A program made the position numbers and the translations under genes. Positions 9,599 to 20,334 of a stretch of DNA of 64,000 nucleotides are shown piece by piece; the first letter of the stretch is position 1; every line of letters starts with the position of its first letter. Under the pieces are notes generated by a model that had not been told where the DNA came from, searched no databases, and worked only from the letters and a program-made list of their open reading frames with translations. The DNA comes from Planctomycetota bacterium (GTDB lineage: Bacteria > Planctomycetota > B15-G4 > JADJEK01): contig JBGAIQ010000006.1 in the NCBI GenBank assembly GCA_044225365.1, positions 64,001-128,000 of the forward strand. The letters are read 5' to 3'.

Positions 9599-11221
9599 AT
9601 GCGCTACGCCATTCTCCTCTTCTCCCTCTTCTTGTCACCCGTTGCACATGGACAGATGATCTCGATCCTCCTGAAGGATCCGAAGCTCGAGAAGAACTAC
9701 GCGAAGTACCTGACGAAGATCGGCGCGACCAACTGCATCCTGGGCGAGATCAAGTCCGGCATCAAGTTCGAGAACGGGGTCGTCACGTACACGCAAGGCA
9801 AGGACCCGCTCAACGAGATCTGGGTCGGGGATTCCTCGGATCCGGGCACGCCGCCCTACGTCATCGATCCCAAGACGATGGGCAAGGAGAAGAACAAGAA
9901 GTCGAAGCTGGGTTACCTCGCGATGCCGGGCGACGACATCCTCGCGGTGAAGATGCTCGACCGCTATCGCACTCTGCCCGGAATCGCCGCCGATTACCAA
10001 CGCGCGATGGACGACATCCAGGCGTTGCAGAAGGAGCGCGACACGAAGCAGAAGACCGAGCGTGCGTGGTTCGATCTCCACGGCCGCATGCTCGGCAAGA
10101 TGGACCAACTCGTGATCTGGCTCGGCAATCTCGGCTACGGAGTGCGCGCGAAGGAGATCCAGAAGGACATCGAGAAGCAGAGGAAATCGGTCGGCAAGGC
10201 CGCGGAGAACGAGCGCGAGAAAGCGGCCATCGCTTCGATCAAGGTGTTTCCCGCACCGCAGAAGCTCGTCGACGCCGCGAACAAGGCCGGAGCGGGCAAG
10301 TACAAGTGGATGGTCGCCGAGAGCAAGCACGTTCGCTTCACGTACATCAACAGCATCGGCGACAACGACGTGACCGCGGCGCTCGAACTCGCCGAACACG
10401 TCATCAATGGATTCCTGCGCGAAGCCGTCGACCCGTACATCGACGACCAGTTCTCGAACTTCATCCCCGACGGTCTGTTCCACGAGTTCTATTACGGACC
10501 CGATGACGCCGGCATCCACGAGAAGATGCTCGTCGAGTACTACGGCCTCTCGTGGGGACGCAACAAGACCGACGAACTCAAGGCCGAAGGCGCCGATTAC
10601 TATCAAAAGGACGCGCCCTGGTATCTCAGCTACCGCAAGGTCGTGAAGGAGATCGACCTCCCCGGGTACACCGTCCACGAGATCGGTCATTCGCTCATGG
10701 ATCTTCATTACAACAAGGGAGGTCGCAACGACACGCAGGATTGGTTGCGCGAGGCCGTCGGTTACTACCTCTCCCTCAACTATCTCGGCCGCAACGGACT
10801 CGTCTGCTTCTCCACGAGCGAGGAGAACTACGCCAAGATGAAGCAGGAGTCGGGCATCAAGACCGCACAGAACGGCATCGGCGACGTGATGAATCAGATC
10901 GCCGTGAAGCTCGGACCCGCAATCGACACGCTCGCCGTGAAGCGGCTCTGGCAGATCAACGACGCCGATTTCGCGAAGGCCTGGAGCTTCTACGACTACC
11001 TGATGCGCAAGCGCGGCAAGGCGGCGCAGATCTGGTTGCGCGACACATGTGCGGTCGCGAGCGATCCCAAGGCCAGTCTCGCGCGCGACTGGCGCAAGCC
11101 CACCGAAGTCCTCGAGCCCGTCCCCGCCGGCCAGGATGTCTTCCAGTCGCTCGAGAAGTCCTGGAAGAAGTTTGCGGAGAAGGAACAGACCGCACTCGTT
11201 CCGCCGCCGAAGAAGCAGTAG
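9599..11221 (+). CDS. exported protein with a gluzincin-type zinc metallopeptidase motif
   Basis: Signal peptide; HEIGH followed by WLREAVGYY (HExxH...E). Confidence 0.65.
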   Translation: MRYAILLFSLFLSPVAHGQMISILLKDPKLEKNYAKYLTKIGATNCILGEIKSGIKFENGVVTYTQGKDPLNEIWVGDSSDPGTPPYVIDPKTMGKEKNKKSKLGYLAMPGDDILAVKMLDRYRTLPGIAADYQRAMDDIQALQKERDTKQKTERAWFDLHGRMLGKMDQLVIWLGNLGYGVRAKEIQKDIEKQRKSVGKAAENEREKAAIASIKVFPAPQKLVDAANKAGAGKYKWMVAESKHVRFTYINSIGDNDVTAALELAEHVINGFLREAVDPYIDDQFSNFIPDGLFHEFYYGPDDAGIHEKMLVEYYGLSWGRNKTDELKAEGADYYQKDAPWYLSYRKVVKEIDLPGYTVHEIGHSLMDLHYNKGGRNDTQDWLREAVGYYLSLNYLGRNGLVCFSTSEENYAKMKQESGIKTAQNGIGDVMNQIAVKLGPAIDTLAVKRLWQINDADFAKAWSFYDYLMRKRGKAAQIWLRDTCAVASDPKASLARDWRKPTEVLEPVPAGQDVFQSLEKSWKKFAEKEQTALVPPPKKQ

Positions 11222-11297
11222 CGAATTTCGCGTTGTGCGCGCCGGTGAGGCGGGAGAGAATCGCGCTTCCCCACTTCTCTTCCGAAGCGACTCCGCC

Positions 11298-14132
11298 ATG
11301 GCCCGACGCGGAATCATCGTCACTTCGCTCGCGATCTCGTGCGCCCTTCCGCTCGCGACCGGTAGTCGCTGTGATGCCGCGCCGACGACGGACGCGCCCG
11401 CCAACGCGGAGGGATCCAAGAAGACTCACTGGTCGTACGCGCCGCTGCAGAAACCAGCGATTCCGGTGGTTGCGCATTCGGCTCGCGTGCGGGATCCGAT
11501 CGACGCCTTCGTGCTCGCGCCGCTCGAGGCGAAGCACATCGAGCCATCGCCCGAAGCGGACCAAAGGACGCTCCTGCGGCGCGTCTACCTCGATCTCCTG
11601 GGGCTTCCGCCGTCCGACGACGACGTCGAGCACTTCGTCGCCGACACCGCGCCCGACGCGTACGAACGCGTCGTCGATCGCCTCCTCGCCTCCCCTCGAT
11701 ATGGCGAGCGCATGGCCGTCGCGTGGCTCGATCTCGCACGGTACGCCGACACGGTGGGCTACCACGGCGATCAGAATCTCCACGCCTATCCGTATCGCGA
11801 CTGGGTGATCGACGCGTTCAACGCGGATCTGCCGTTCGACGAGTTCACCATCGAACAACTCGCGGGCGATCTTTTGCCGAATCCGACGCCATCGCAGCTC
11901 GTCGCGACGGGTTTCAACCGGCTCAACATGGTCACGCGCGAAGGCGGTGCGCAGGAGAACGAGTACCTCGCGAAGTACGCCGCGGACCGCGTCCGCACGG
12001 TCTCCACGACCTTCCTCGGCTCGACGATGGGTTGCTGCGAGTGTCACGACCACAAGTACGACCCGTTCACGATGAAGGACTTCTACAGCCTCGCCGCGTT
12101 CTTCGCGGACGTGAAGCAATGGGGCGTCTACACGACCTACGCCTACACGCCGAACCCCGACCTCGAGGGATTCTCGAACGATCATCCGTTCCCGCCCGAG
12201 GCCAAGGTCGAAGTGCCTTTCCTGCAGCAGAAGATCGCCGAGGCCAAGGCACGGATCGACGAATCGACGGCGGGAGCAGCGGACGATGGCGATGGCTTCG
12301 CCCGCTTCTGCGAAAGTGCGCGCGCCTTCCTCACGATCGAACCGGACGGGTTCGAGACGTGCAAGCCGGAGATCCTCGCGCCCGAAGGTTGCTCGCTTGG
12401 CGCCGACTCCAGAGTGATCTTCCCGACCGAGGCTCCACAAAAGTCACGGCTCGCTCTCTCGCCGAACGAGCGCCGCGTCGCGGCCGTGAAGATCGAGATC
12501 GTTCGCGACGCGGCGCATCACGACGAACTGTTTCGCAAGAACGCCGACGGCGAGTTCCTGAGGATCGCCCTTCAGCGACGCGCGGTCGACGAGGAGAAGC
12601 CGACGCCCGTTCCGATTCGTCGAGGCGAAGGTACCCCATTGCGTCCTCGCTACTCCAACGGCGACGAGATCCGAGGCGTCACGGGCGGCTGGTGGGTGTT
12701 CGCGGCCGACGCAAAGGAGAAGACTCCGACCGCCACGTACTTGCTCGCGACGCCGATCGAACTTCTCGCCGGTGAGTCTCTCGTCGTCGAGCTCGACGGA
12801 AATCTCGCGGGTGCGCTGCGAATCTCCACGTCGCCCTTCGCGACGCCGCTCTTTACCGCCGACCCTACCGATCCCGTCGAACGCGCTTCGTTCGAGCGCC
12901 TGCTCGCATCCGTTCGCTCGTCCGATCCCGTGTGCGATCCATTCGTGCGTGCGACGTATGCACGCAGCGACCCCAAAGCGAACGCCCACGATGCGGTCGT
13001 CGCTCTCGACGAGTCGATTCGCCGACTGGACGGTGGGATCGCGCCCACGGTGATCACGCAAGCACGCGAGCCACGCATCACTCGAGTCCTGCCGCGGGGC
13101 AATTGGCAGAACGAGAGCGGCGAGGTCGTGCTGCCCGCAACGCCCCACTTCCTCCCCGGCGCGACGACGAAGGCGGATGGGAACCGACTGACGCGCCTCG
13201 ATCTCGCCCGCTGGATCGTCGCGCCGGAGAATCCCCTCACCGCGCGCACGTTCGCGAATCGGCTGTGGAAGCAGTTCTTCGGCGTCGGTCTCTCGTCCGT
13301 CGTCGACGACCTCGGGCTCCAGGGCGAAGTGCCTTCCCATCCGCAGCTCCTCGACTGGCTCGCAGTCACGTTTCGCGAGGAACACTGGAGCGTGAAGTCG
13401 CTCGTGCGACACATCGTGCTGTCGTCGACCTATCGCCAGAGTTCGAACACGCGCGACGATCTGCGTGAGGTCGATCCGCAGAATCGGTGGCTCGCGGCGC
13501 AGTCCCCGCGACGCCTCGATGCCGAGTTCGTGCGCGACAATGCACTCTGCATCTCCGGACTCCTGAATCTCGATCGCGGCGGACCGCCCGTGAAGCCGTA
13601 CCAACCGCAGAAGCTCTACGAGCACCTGCAATTCCCCGATCGCGACTACGCGCCCGATCAGGACGATCGGCAATGGCGTCGCGGGGTGTACATGCATTGG
13701 CAGCGCACGTTCCTACATCCGATGCTCGCGAACTTCGACGCGCCGTCGCGCGAGGAGTGCACGGCCTCGCGCGTGGTCGCCAATACACCTCAGCAGGCGC
13801 TGACGCTGCTCAACGACCCCACGTTCGTCGAGGCGGCGCGATCGTTCGCCGTTCGCTTGTTGCTCGCCCATGGGAAGAGCGACGCCGATCGACTCGCACT
13901 CGCCTTTCACCTCGCGTTCGCGCGACCACCTTCGGCGGCCGAGTCCGATTCACTGCTCGCGTTCCTCGCGGCGCAGCGCGCGCGCATCCTCGCCGACGAT
14001 TCGGGTGTCGACGCTCTGCTGCACGTCGGCATCGCGAAGTTTCCTAACGAAGTCGAGCGCAAAGAGCTTGCCGCATGGACGCTCCTCACTCGTGTCCTCC
14101 TGAACCTCCACGAATGCATCACTCGCTACTGA
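11298..14132 (+). CDS. DUF1549 (PSCyt2)/DUF1553 (PSD1) planctomycete cytochrome-domain protein
   Basis: HWSYAP, LLRRVYLDLLGLPP, WLDLARYADT, CCECHDHKYDP, NRLWKQFFG, PSHPQLLDWLA, NTPQQALTLLN. Confidence 0.95.
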   Translation: MARRGIIVTSLAISCALPLATGSRCDAAPTTDAPANAEGSKKTHWSYAPLQKPAIPVVAHSARVRDPIDAFVLAPLEAKHIEPSPEADQRTLLRRVYLDLLGLPPSDDDVEHFVADTAPDAYERVVDRLLASPRYGERMAVAWLDLARYADTVGYHGDQNLHAYPYRDWVIDAFNADLPFDEFTIEQLAGDLLPNPTPSQLVATGFNRLNMVTREGGAQENEYLAKYAADRVRTVSTTFLGSTMGCCECHDHKYDPFTMKDFYSLAAFFADVKQWGVYTTYAYTPNPDLEGFSNDHPFPPEAKVEVPFLQQKIAEAKARIDESTAGAADDGDGFARFCESARAFLTIEPDGFETCKPEILAPEGCSLGADSRVIFPTEAPQKSRLALSPNERRVAAVKIEIVRDAAHHDELFRKNADGEFLRIALQRRAVDEEKPTPVPIRRGEGTPLRPRYSNGDEIRGVTGGWWVFAADAKEKTPTATYLLATPIELLAGESLVVELDGNLAGALRISTSPFATPLFTADPTDPVERASFERLLASVRSSDPVCDPFVRATYARSDPKANAHDAVVALDESIRRLDGGIAPTVITQAREPRITRVLPRGNWQNESGEVVLPATPHFLPGATTKADGNRLTRLDLARWIVAPENPLTARTFANRLWKQFFGVGLSSVVDDLGLQGEVPSHPQLLDWLAVTFREEHWSVKSLVRHIVLSSTYRQSSNTRDDLREVDPQNRWLAAQSPRRLDAEFVRDNALCISGLLNLDRGGPPVKPYQPQKLYEHLQFPDRDYAPDQDDRQWRRGVYMHWQRTFLHPMLANFDAPSREECTASRVVANTPQQALTLLNDPTFVEAARSFAVRLLLAHGKSDADRLALAFHLAFARPPSAAESDSLLAFLAAQRARILADDSGVDALLHVGIAKFPNEVERKELAAWTLLTRVLLNLHECITRY

Positions 14133-14140
14133 ACTCGTCG

Positions 14141-15523
14141 ATGCACGGCACCATCGCTCGCCGCACGTTCCTGAAGGGATGTGGGACCGGCTACGCCGCG
14201 CTCCTCGCGTTGCTCTTCGATCGCGCCGCGAAAGGAGCGCTTCCTGCGGCGCACGATCGTCCGCGTGCGAAGCGCGTCATCCACCTGTGCATGGCGGGCG
14301 GACCCTCGCACCTCGAGAGCTTCGATTGGAAGCCGGAGCTGGCGCGCATCGCCGGGCAACCGTTTCCCGATTCGTTCACCAAGGGCCAGCAGCTCGCTCA
14401 GCTCCAGAACACGAAGCTCATCGCTCGCGGCCCGAGCGCGAAGTTCCGAAGGTACGGCGCGAGCGGCCTGTCGATCTCCGAGTGGTTCCCGAATCTCGGC
14501 AGCATCGCGGACGATCTCTGCATCGTTCGTTCCATGAAGACCGAGCAGATCAATCACGATCCGGCGCATGCCTTCATGAACTCGGGATCGATCGTGAAGG
14601 GTCGCCCGAGCATGGGGTCGTGGCTGCTCTACGGCCTCGGCGCCGAGACGAGCGATCTACCCGGATTCATCGTGCTCACGTCGACGAGTCGCGCGGGCGG
14701 CGCGCAACCGATCTCCGCGCGACAATGGTCGTCCGGTTTCCTTCCGAGTCGATATCAGGGCGTGGCGCTGCGCAGCAAGGGCGATGCGGTTCACTACGTC
14801 TCGAATCCGCCCGGCATCGATGCCGCGACGCAGGACGCTTCGGTCGACGAGATCGTGAAGCTCGATGCGATGCTATCGAACGAACGTCACGACCCGGAGA
14901 TCGAGACGCGCATCGCGCAATACGAGCTCGCATTCCGCATGCAGTCCTCGGTGCCCGAACTCACCGACATGAAGCAGGAGCCGGAGTCGATCCTCGATCT
15001 CTACGGAGTGAAGACTCCCGGCGATGGGACCTACGCTTCGAACTGCCTGCTCGCGCGAAGGCTCGCGGAGCGCGGCGTGCGCTTCATCCAGCTCTACCAT
15101 CGCGCGTGGGATCATCACGACGATCTCGATCACGCGATGCCGATCGCGGCGAGCGACGTCGACAAGGCCACGTGCGGACTGATCACGGACTTGAAGCGCC
15201 GCGGCATGCTCGACGACACGCTCATCCTGTTCGGCGGGGAATTCGGACGAACTCCCATGGGACAAGGATCGGGTCGCGATCATCACATCCTCGGATTCTC
15301 GATGATGCTCGCGGGCGGCGGCGTGAAGGGTGGACACACCCACGGCGAGACCGACGAACTCGGCTACCGCGCCGTGAAGGACGTGGTCGACGTCCACGAC
15401 CTCCACGCCACCATGCTCCATCTCTGCGGCATCGATCACCTGAAGCTGACCCATCGCTTCCAAGGCCGCGATTTCCGACTGACCGACGTGTCGGGCAAGG
15501 TCGTCGAAGCGATCCTGGCGTGA
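14141..15523 (+). CDS. DUF1501 domain protein (Tat-exported)
   Basis: RRTFLK Tat motif; AKRVIHLCMAGGPSHLESFD, ARRLAERGVRFIQL, WDHH, GEFGRTP, GRDHH. Canonical partner of the upstream DUF1549/1553 gene. Confidence 0.95.
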   Translation: MHGTIARRTFLKGCGTGYAALLALLFDRAAKGALPAAHDRPRAKRVIHLCMAGGPSHLESFDWKPELARIAGQPFPDSFTKGQQLAQLQNTKLIARGPSAKFRRYGASGLSISEWFPNLGSIADDLCIVRSMKTEQINHDPAHAFMNSGSIVKGRPSMGSWLLYGLGAETSDLPGFIVLTSTSRAGGAQPISARQWSSGFLPSRYQGVALRSKGDAVHYVSNPPGIDAATQDASVDEIVKLDAMLSNERHDPEIETRIAQYELAFRMQSSVPELTDMKQEPESILDLYGVKTPGDGTYASNCLLARRLAERGVRFIQLYHRAWDHHDDLDHAMPIAASDVDKATCGLITDLKRRGMLDDTLILFGGEFGRTPMGQGSGRDHHILGFSMMLAGGGVKGGHTHGETDELGYRAVKDVVDVHDLHATMLHLCGIDHLKLTHRFQGRDFRLTDVSGKVVEAILA

Positions 15524-15529
15524 CGCCGC

Positions 15530-17500
15530 TCACTTCTTCACGTAGGGCTTGCGGTGGATCTCGACCTTCGTCGTGGTGCCGGCGGGCCCCGTAAGGATCG
15601 GTTCGAATCGGCGATCGGGATCGACGAGACGCGTGTTCGGCGGCAATCCCGTGAGAAGGAGTCTGCCCGCGGCATCGGGTCGCCCCTGGAAGACCGAATA
15701 CATGGCGGAATCGCCCCACGCTTCGGGAAGGAGCCCGATGGGCCGGGCGAAGGGTTCGCCGTGGACATCGAACGCCGTCACATCGAGGGTCGCTCCCGTC
15801 GCGAGGGAAAGCTCAAGAGACGTGTCCCTCGTTGCGACGTCGACCGTGCCCTCGGCATACAGGGCTTCGCCCGCAGCGTCCTCCGGTTCGTCCGCGATCG
15901 CGACGAAGTGGTGATGTCCCTTCGGGAGGGAGAGCTCGCGAACGAGCGGCGATGTAGCGTCTACGGTCCCCTGGAACCGGCTCACCGCCGCGGTATCGCC
16001 GGCGCACACCATCACGCGAACCGACTGCGGCGCCTTCAGGCAGTCGCCGCGAATCGTCAGCGTCGTCGTGAGGACGTCGACGAGCGAGACCACGATCTCG
16101 AGATCGTGCGGTTCGATCCGCACGGGCTTCGGCCAGCGCACGCGGAGTCCAGCATGCGGGGTCCATTCGCCCGACTCGGAGAGATCCGGAAGGAGGCCGA
16201 TCGTCGCATCGAGCGTCGGTACTCCATCGATGGTGAACGGCACTCCGAGGGGAACGTGCAGGACGAAGTTGAAGACTCCGGGCCCAGCCGTCACGGGGCC
16301 GTTGATCTGCAAGCCCATGCGGGGCGGTTCGAGTGCCTTTCGCGAAGGAGGCGAGAGGAACGCCGCGAGCGGATCGACTTCGATCCCCTCGTGCTGCACG
16401 ACGACCCTTGCCGCCACGCTGCCGCCCTCGCGTCGAGGCACGTCACCAAGATCCCGCACCTCGCTCTCGAGAAGATCACACCTCGCTTCGTAGGCGACGA
16501 ACGATCGCGCGCCGTGCTCCGCGATCGCGAAGATCCGATATCGACCCGCGCGAACGCCCTCGAACGAGAACGAACCGTCTCCGCTCTCCATCATCGCTTC
16601 GGGTTCGATGCTCCAGCGCACGTCCTTCGCTGGCGCTTCCTCGATGCGCAGCAGGTCGATGCGCACCGGATGCGCGAGCGCATGCGCGAGGAGGAGTCGG
16701 CCGTGGATCGCCGCCACCCCCGAAGATCCTCGCAAGCGGAGGATCCCGGTGTCGTCCGCCATCGTGAACGGATCGGACGTTCCGTTCGACGCATTCGCGC
16801 CCTCGAACCGCACGCGGTGGCGAGACGTCACCTTCACGACGTAGTCGCCCGGTTCGAGCGAGAAGCGCGCAACGCCGGTCGCATCCGTCTGCGCCATCGC
16901 GACCGCCGGGTCGGAGATCGCGAACTCGTGGAGGACACTCGTTCGCCGGCCGCCCTCGAAGACCGACTCGAACCACGATTGGAACCACGAGGCGTCGACC
17001 GAGCGATCCTTGGCGTGCGCGGCGGCATCGTCGAGCAACGCCTTGGAATCATCGCGAATCGAGATTCGCATCCTTTCGATGAGGTCTGCCAACCACCACT
17101 TCAGGAACGCCGCACGATCGCTCGTCGACAGATCGACGAGCGATTCGAACGATCGCCCGTGCGCCGCGTGAACCTCGAGCGCGACGTCGTGGATGCCGTC
17201 GCCGTTCGCCTTCTCGATCCGGACCTCGAGGTTCGGCGCGCGAACCGGCGCGGCTTCCGACTCGGGCGAGATCGGATCCTCCGTCCGTGGCCGCGTGTCC
17301 TCGGCGACGACGTGCTCGCGAATGAGCTGGGCCTCCGTCGCGACGACGTCGCCGTGACGACTCGACAAGTGCTTCTCGAAGTGCATCGGGGGATGCGAGA
17401 GCGATCGCAGCTCGAAGACGAGGAAGAGGAGAACGGCGAGCGCCGCTGGGATCAGCGACGCTCGCCCAATCGATCGGGGAGAGATCGAAGCGCGAGTCAT
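15530..17500 (-). CDS. membrane-anchored protein with carboxypeptidase-regulatory-like beta-sandwich repeats
   Basis: ATG overlaps the stop of the upstream gene; N-terminal TM helix; TDATGVARFSLEPGDY and DGSFSFEGVRAGRY motifs. Confidence 0.7.
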   Translation of the reverse strand: MTRASISPRSIGRASLIPAALAVLLFLVFELRSLSHPPMHFEKHLSSRHGDVVATEAQLIREHVVAEDTRPRTEDPISPESEAAPVRAPNLEVRIEKANGDGIHDVALEVHAAHGRSFESLVDLSTSDRAAFLKWWLADLIERMRISIRDDSKALLDDAAAHAKDRSVDASWFQSWFESVFEGGRRTSVLHEFAISDPAVAMAQTDATGVARFSLEPGDYVVKVTSRHRVRFEGANASNGTSDPFTMADDTGILRLRGSSGVAAIHGRLLLAHALAHPVRIDLLRIEEAPAKDVRWSIEPEAMMESGDGSFSFEGVRAGRYRIFAIAEHGARSFVAYEARCDLLESEVRDLGDVPRREGGSVAARVVVQHEGIEVDPLAAFLSPPSRKALEPPRMGLQINGPVTAGPGVFNFVLHVPLGVPFTIDGVPTLDATIGLLPDLSESGEWTPHAGLRVRWPKPVRIEPHDLEIVVSLVDVLTTTLTIRGDCLKAPQSVRVMVCAGDTAAVSRFQGTVDATSPLVRELSLPKGHHHFVAIADEPEDAAGEALYAEGTVDVATRDTSLELSLATGATLDVTAFDVHGEPFARPIGLLPEAWGDSAMYSVFQGRPDAAGRLLLTGLPPNTRLVDPDRRFEPILTGPAGTTTKVEIHRKPYVKK

Positions 17501-18240
17501 GGACACACCGAGAACTCGAGCTTGTCGATCAGCGAGTACACGTGCCCCTGGGCGCCGATCTTCACCGCGGCCTGGATCCCGTAGAACTCGTCGGCCCACG
17601 CCTTGGCGATCGCGGTCGTCTTCACCACGTAGGCGAAGGTCACGACGGGGCAGAGCGTGCCGTGAATGTGGTCCTTCAACTTCTCGCGATACTCGCCGAC
17701 GTGATTTCCGACGTCGATGGGAATGCTCCCGAGTCCCGTCTGCGGGTTCTCGATCGGGATCTGCGACCCGAGGCCGAGCGCTCCCTGCTTCGTCTCCCCC
17801 GCCGTCTTCGTGAGCACGAGCAGACTCTTGTCCACGAGCGAGCCGTCCTTGTAGACCGCAACGCTCTCGCTGCCGCCCGCGTAGCCCGCGCACTCGGCGT
17901 CCTGCAGATCCGCGAAGCCCTGGAGATCGAGGTCGAAGTGGTACTCGACCTCTCCGATCTCGTGACCCGGTGTCGGCACGTGTTGCCAGACTTCCATCTT
18001 CTTCCCCATCGCGTTCGAGCCCGCGAAGACTTCGTAAGGCGTGAGGAACGAGTCGACGGCGCCGCCGTTGTCACTCATTCCATGGCCGTTCGCCCAGGTC
18101 TCGGCGAGCGCCATCGCGCGGTCCTTGCGATCGATCTTCGCGTCCTGATCCCCGAAGTCGATGTAGACCGCCTTCACCCAATCGGCGTGCGCACTCGACG
18201 CGACACCGAAACCGAGAAGACAGAGCACGAGCGCTTTCAT
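17497..18240 (-). CDS. hypothetical exported protein
   Basis: Sec signal (MKALVLCLLGFGVASSAHA), AAAGGAA RBS, typical codon bias. Confidence 0.8.
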   Translation of the reverse strand: MKALVLCLLGFGVASSAHADWVKAVYIDFGDQDAKIDRKDRAMALAETWANGHGMSDNGGAVDSFLTPYEVFAGSNAMGKKMEVWQHVPTPGHEIGEVEYHFDLDLQGFADLQDAECAGYAGGSESVAVYKDGSLVDKSLLVLTKTAGETKQGALGLGSQIPIENPQTGLGSIPIDVGNHVGEYREKLKDHIHGTLCPVVTFAYVVKTTAIAKAWADEFYGIQAAVKIGAQGHVYSLIDKLEFSVCP

Positions 18241-18320
18241 GGCATTTCCTTTCGCGTTCCATCGGACCCTTGCGACGCACCGTGCGCCGATCGGGTCCGC
18301 TTTCCGCGAGGAGAAATGCC
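18241..18320 (-). promoter_or_regulatory. structured 5' leader (nested hairpin) covering the RBS
   Basis: Minus strand: GGCAUUUC...GAAAUGCC outer stem ending at the ATG; inner CGGACCC/GGGUCCG and CGGCGCAC/GUGCGUCG stems; TATAAG -10-like hexamer just upstream. Confidence 0.45.
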
Positions 18321-18366
18321 GCTGTGCGGTGCTTATATCCGCGAAGCGTCGGATTCTTTTTGAAGG

Positions 18367-20139
18367 TCAGTCGAGGCCCGGCACCTGCGCTTCGCGTACC
18401 AAGGCGATCGCTCGCGCGATGGCTTCGTCGACGCTGAGGTTGCCCTTCTGATCCGCCGTCTTGCGCAGTGACCACTCGACGACGCCCGTGCCGGCATCGC
18501 GACCCACGGTGATGCGAATCGGAATGCCGACGAGATCTCCGTCCTTGAACTTCACACCGGGCGAGACCTTCGGCCGATCGTCGACGAGCACGTCGACACC
18601 CGCCTTGGTGAGTTCGGATTCGATGCGATTCGCGAGTTCGTCCTGCACCTGTTCGCCCGGCTTGACGACGACGACGAGCACGCTGTGCGGCGCGATCGGC
18701 AAGGGCCAGATCATGCCGTTGGCGTCGTTGTTCTGCTCGATCGCGGCCGCGGCGACGCGCGATACACCGATGCCATAACAGCCCATCCAGATGACCTGCG
18801 ATTTGCCGTTCACGTCGAGGAAGCGCGCATTCATCGCCTCGGAGTACTTGGTTCCGAGTTGGAAGATGTGCCCGACCTCGATGCCGCGGACGATCTCGAT
18901 CGCGTCTTCGCTGTCGAGCATCCTGTCGCCCGCCTGCACCAGTCCGAAGTCGTGCGTCTCCGGCTGTGGTAGATCGCGTCCGAACCACACGTCGAGATAA
19001 TGCGTGTCGGTCTCGTTGCCGCCGCACAGGAAGCCGTTCACGCCCTCCACCGATTTGTCGGCGAGGAGACGAATGCCGGCGGCGAGGCCGATCGGCCCGG
19101 CGAAACCGGGCTCCGCGCCGGTCGCCGCGCGCACGAGCTTCTCGTCGGCCATCTCGATCGCGAGAGCGCCGAGGAAGTTCACGAGCTTGATCTCGTTGAT
19201 CTCGCGGTCGCCGCGCGCCATCACCGCAACCGTTTCCTCACGACCATTCGGGTTCTTCTTGTCGGGCGCGTAGACGGCCTTGTAGAGCACGGTCTTGAGC
19301 ATCCGCTGGAGCGGCAACTCCGGGAACAGCTTGCATAGATCGTCGCAGCTCTTCGCTTTGGGCGTCGGCTCCTTGTGCATCGCGACCTGCTTGTCGCAGG
19401 CCGGCGGCGGCGGAATGCGGCTCGTCGCTTTCTCGAGATTCGCCGCGTACTCGCGCGCGCGGCAGATCGCGATCGCGTCCTCGCCGGAGAGCGCGTCGAC
19501 CATGAACTCCTCGCTCTTCGCGCCGCCGATCGAGCCCGAGTCGGCTTCGACCGGCGTGAAGCCGAGTCCGCAGCGCGTGAAGATCGAGCGGTAGACCTTC
19601 TTCATCACTTCGTAGGACGCCGCCATCGCCGTCGGATCGACGTCGAACGAATACGCGTCCTTCATGATGAACTCGCGCCCGCGCATCAGGCCGAAGCGCG
19701 GACGGATCTCGTCGCGGAACTTGGTTTGGATCTGATACAGCGTGACGGGGAGCTGCTTGTAGCTCTGCACGTTCTGCCGCACGTACGTGGTGATCACCTC
19801 TTCGTGCGTGGGGCCGAGGCACACTTCGGAACCCTTGCGATCGGCGAAGTGGAACAGGATCCCATCCTTCACGTAGCGCGCCCAGCGATGGCTCTCCTCC
19901 CAGATCTCGCGCGGCTGCAGCGCCGGCATGTGCAGCTCGACGCAGTTCGCCTTGTCGTGTTCCTGCCGCACGATCGCGGAGATCCTTCGCAGAGTCCGCC
20001 ACAGGAGCGGGCCGTAGACGTAGATGCCGGCCGCGAGCTTGTGGACGAGTCCGGCGCGCACGAACAGGGCGTGGGAGCGGACGTCGGCGTCCGCGGGTTC
20101 TTCTCGGAGCGTGGTGAAGAGGGTCTTGCTGAGTCGCAT
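18367..20139 (-). CDS. proS: proline--tRNA ligase (bacterial type with INS editing domain)
   Basis: LGPTHEE, QIQTKFRDEIRPRFGLMRGREFIMKDAYSF, GIEVGHIFQLG, MGCYGIGVSR. Confidence 0.98.
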   Translation of the reverse strand: MRLSKTLFTTLREEPADADVRSHALFVRAGLVHKLAAGIYVYGPLLWRTLRRISAIVRQEHDKANCVELHMPALQPREIWEESHRWARYVKDGILFHFADRKGSEVCLGPTHEEVITTYVRQNVQSYKQLPVTLYQIQTKFRDEIRPRFGLMRGREFIMKDAYSFDVDPTAMAASYEVMKKVYRSIFTRCGLGFTPVEADSGSIGGAKSEEFMVDALSGEDAIAICRAREYAANLEKATSRIPPPPACDKQVAMHKEPTPKAKSCDDLCKLFPELPLQRMLKTVLYKAVYAPDKKNPNGREETVAVMARGDREINEIKLVNFLGALAIEMADEKLVRAATGAEPGFAGPIGLAAGIRLLADKSVEGVNGFLCGGNETDTHYLDVWFGRDLPQPETHDFGLVQAGDRMLDSEDAIEIVRGIEVGHIFQLGTKYSEAMNARFLDVNGKSQVIWMGCYGIGVSRVAAAAIEQNNDANGMIWPLPIAPHSVLVVVVKPGEQVQDELANRIESELTKAGVDVLVDDRPKVSPGVKFKDGDLVGIPIRITVGRDAGTGVVEWSLRKTADQKGNLSVDEAIARAIALVREAQVPGLD

Positions 20140-20334
20140 GACGCCAGAAATACCAGAAGCGGTCGCGCTTCGCGAACGGTCACCGACGAAGCCTTGGAAG
20201 ACGGCACGAAGCAAACGACCCCCGGATCTTTCTCCACTTCCTCGAAGAATCCCGCCCGGACGCATCCGCCATTCACGTGAGTGCCCAGGACGACAACCTC
20301 CTCGCACGATCCCGGATCGCCACGGAACCGATCG

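Noticed and set aside
20140-20334. T-box or attenuator upstream of proS
   Set aside because: No T-box consensus or terminator/antiterminator recognised.
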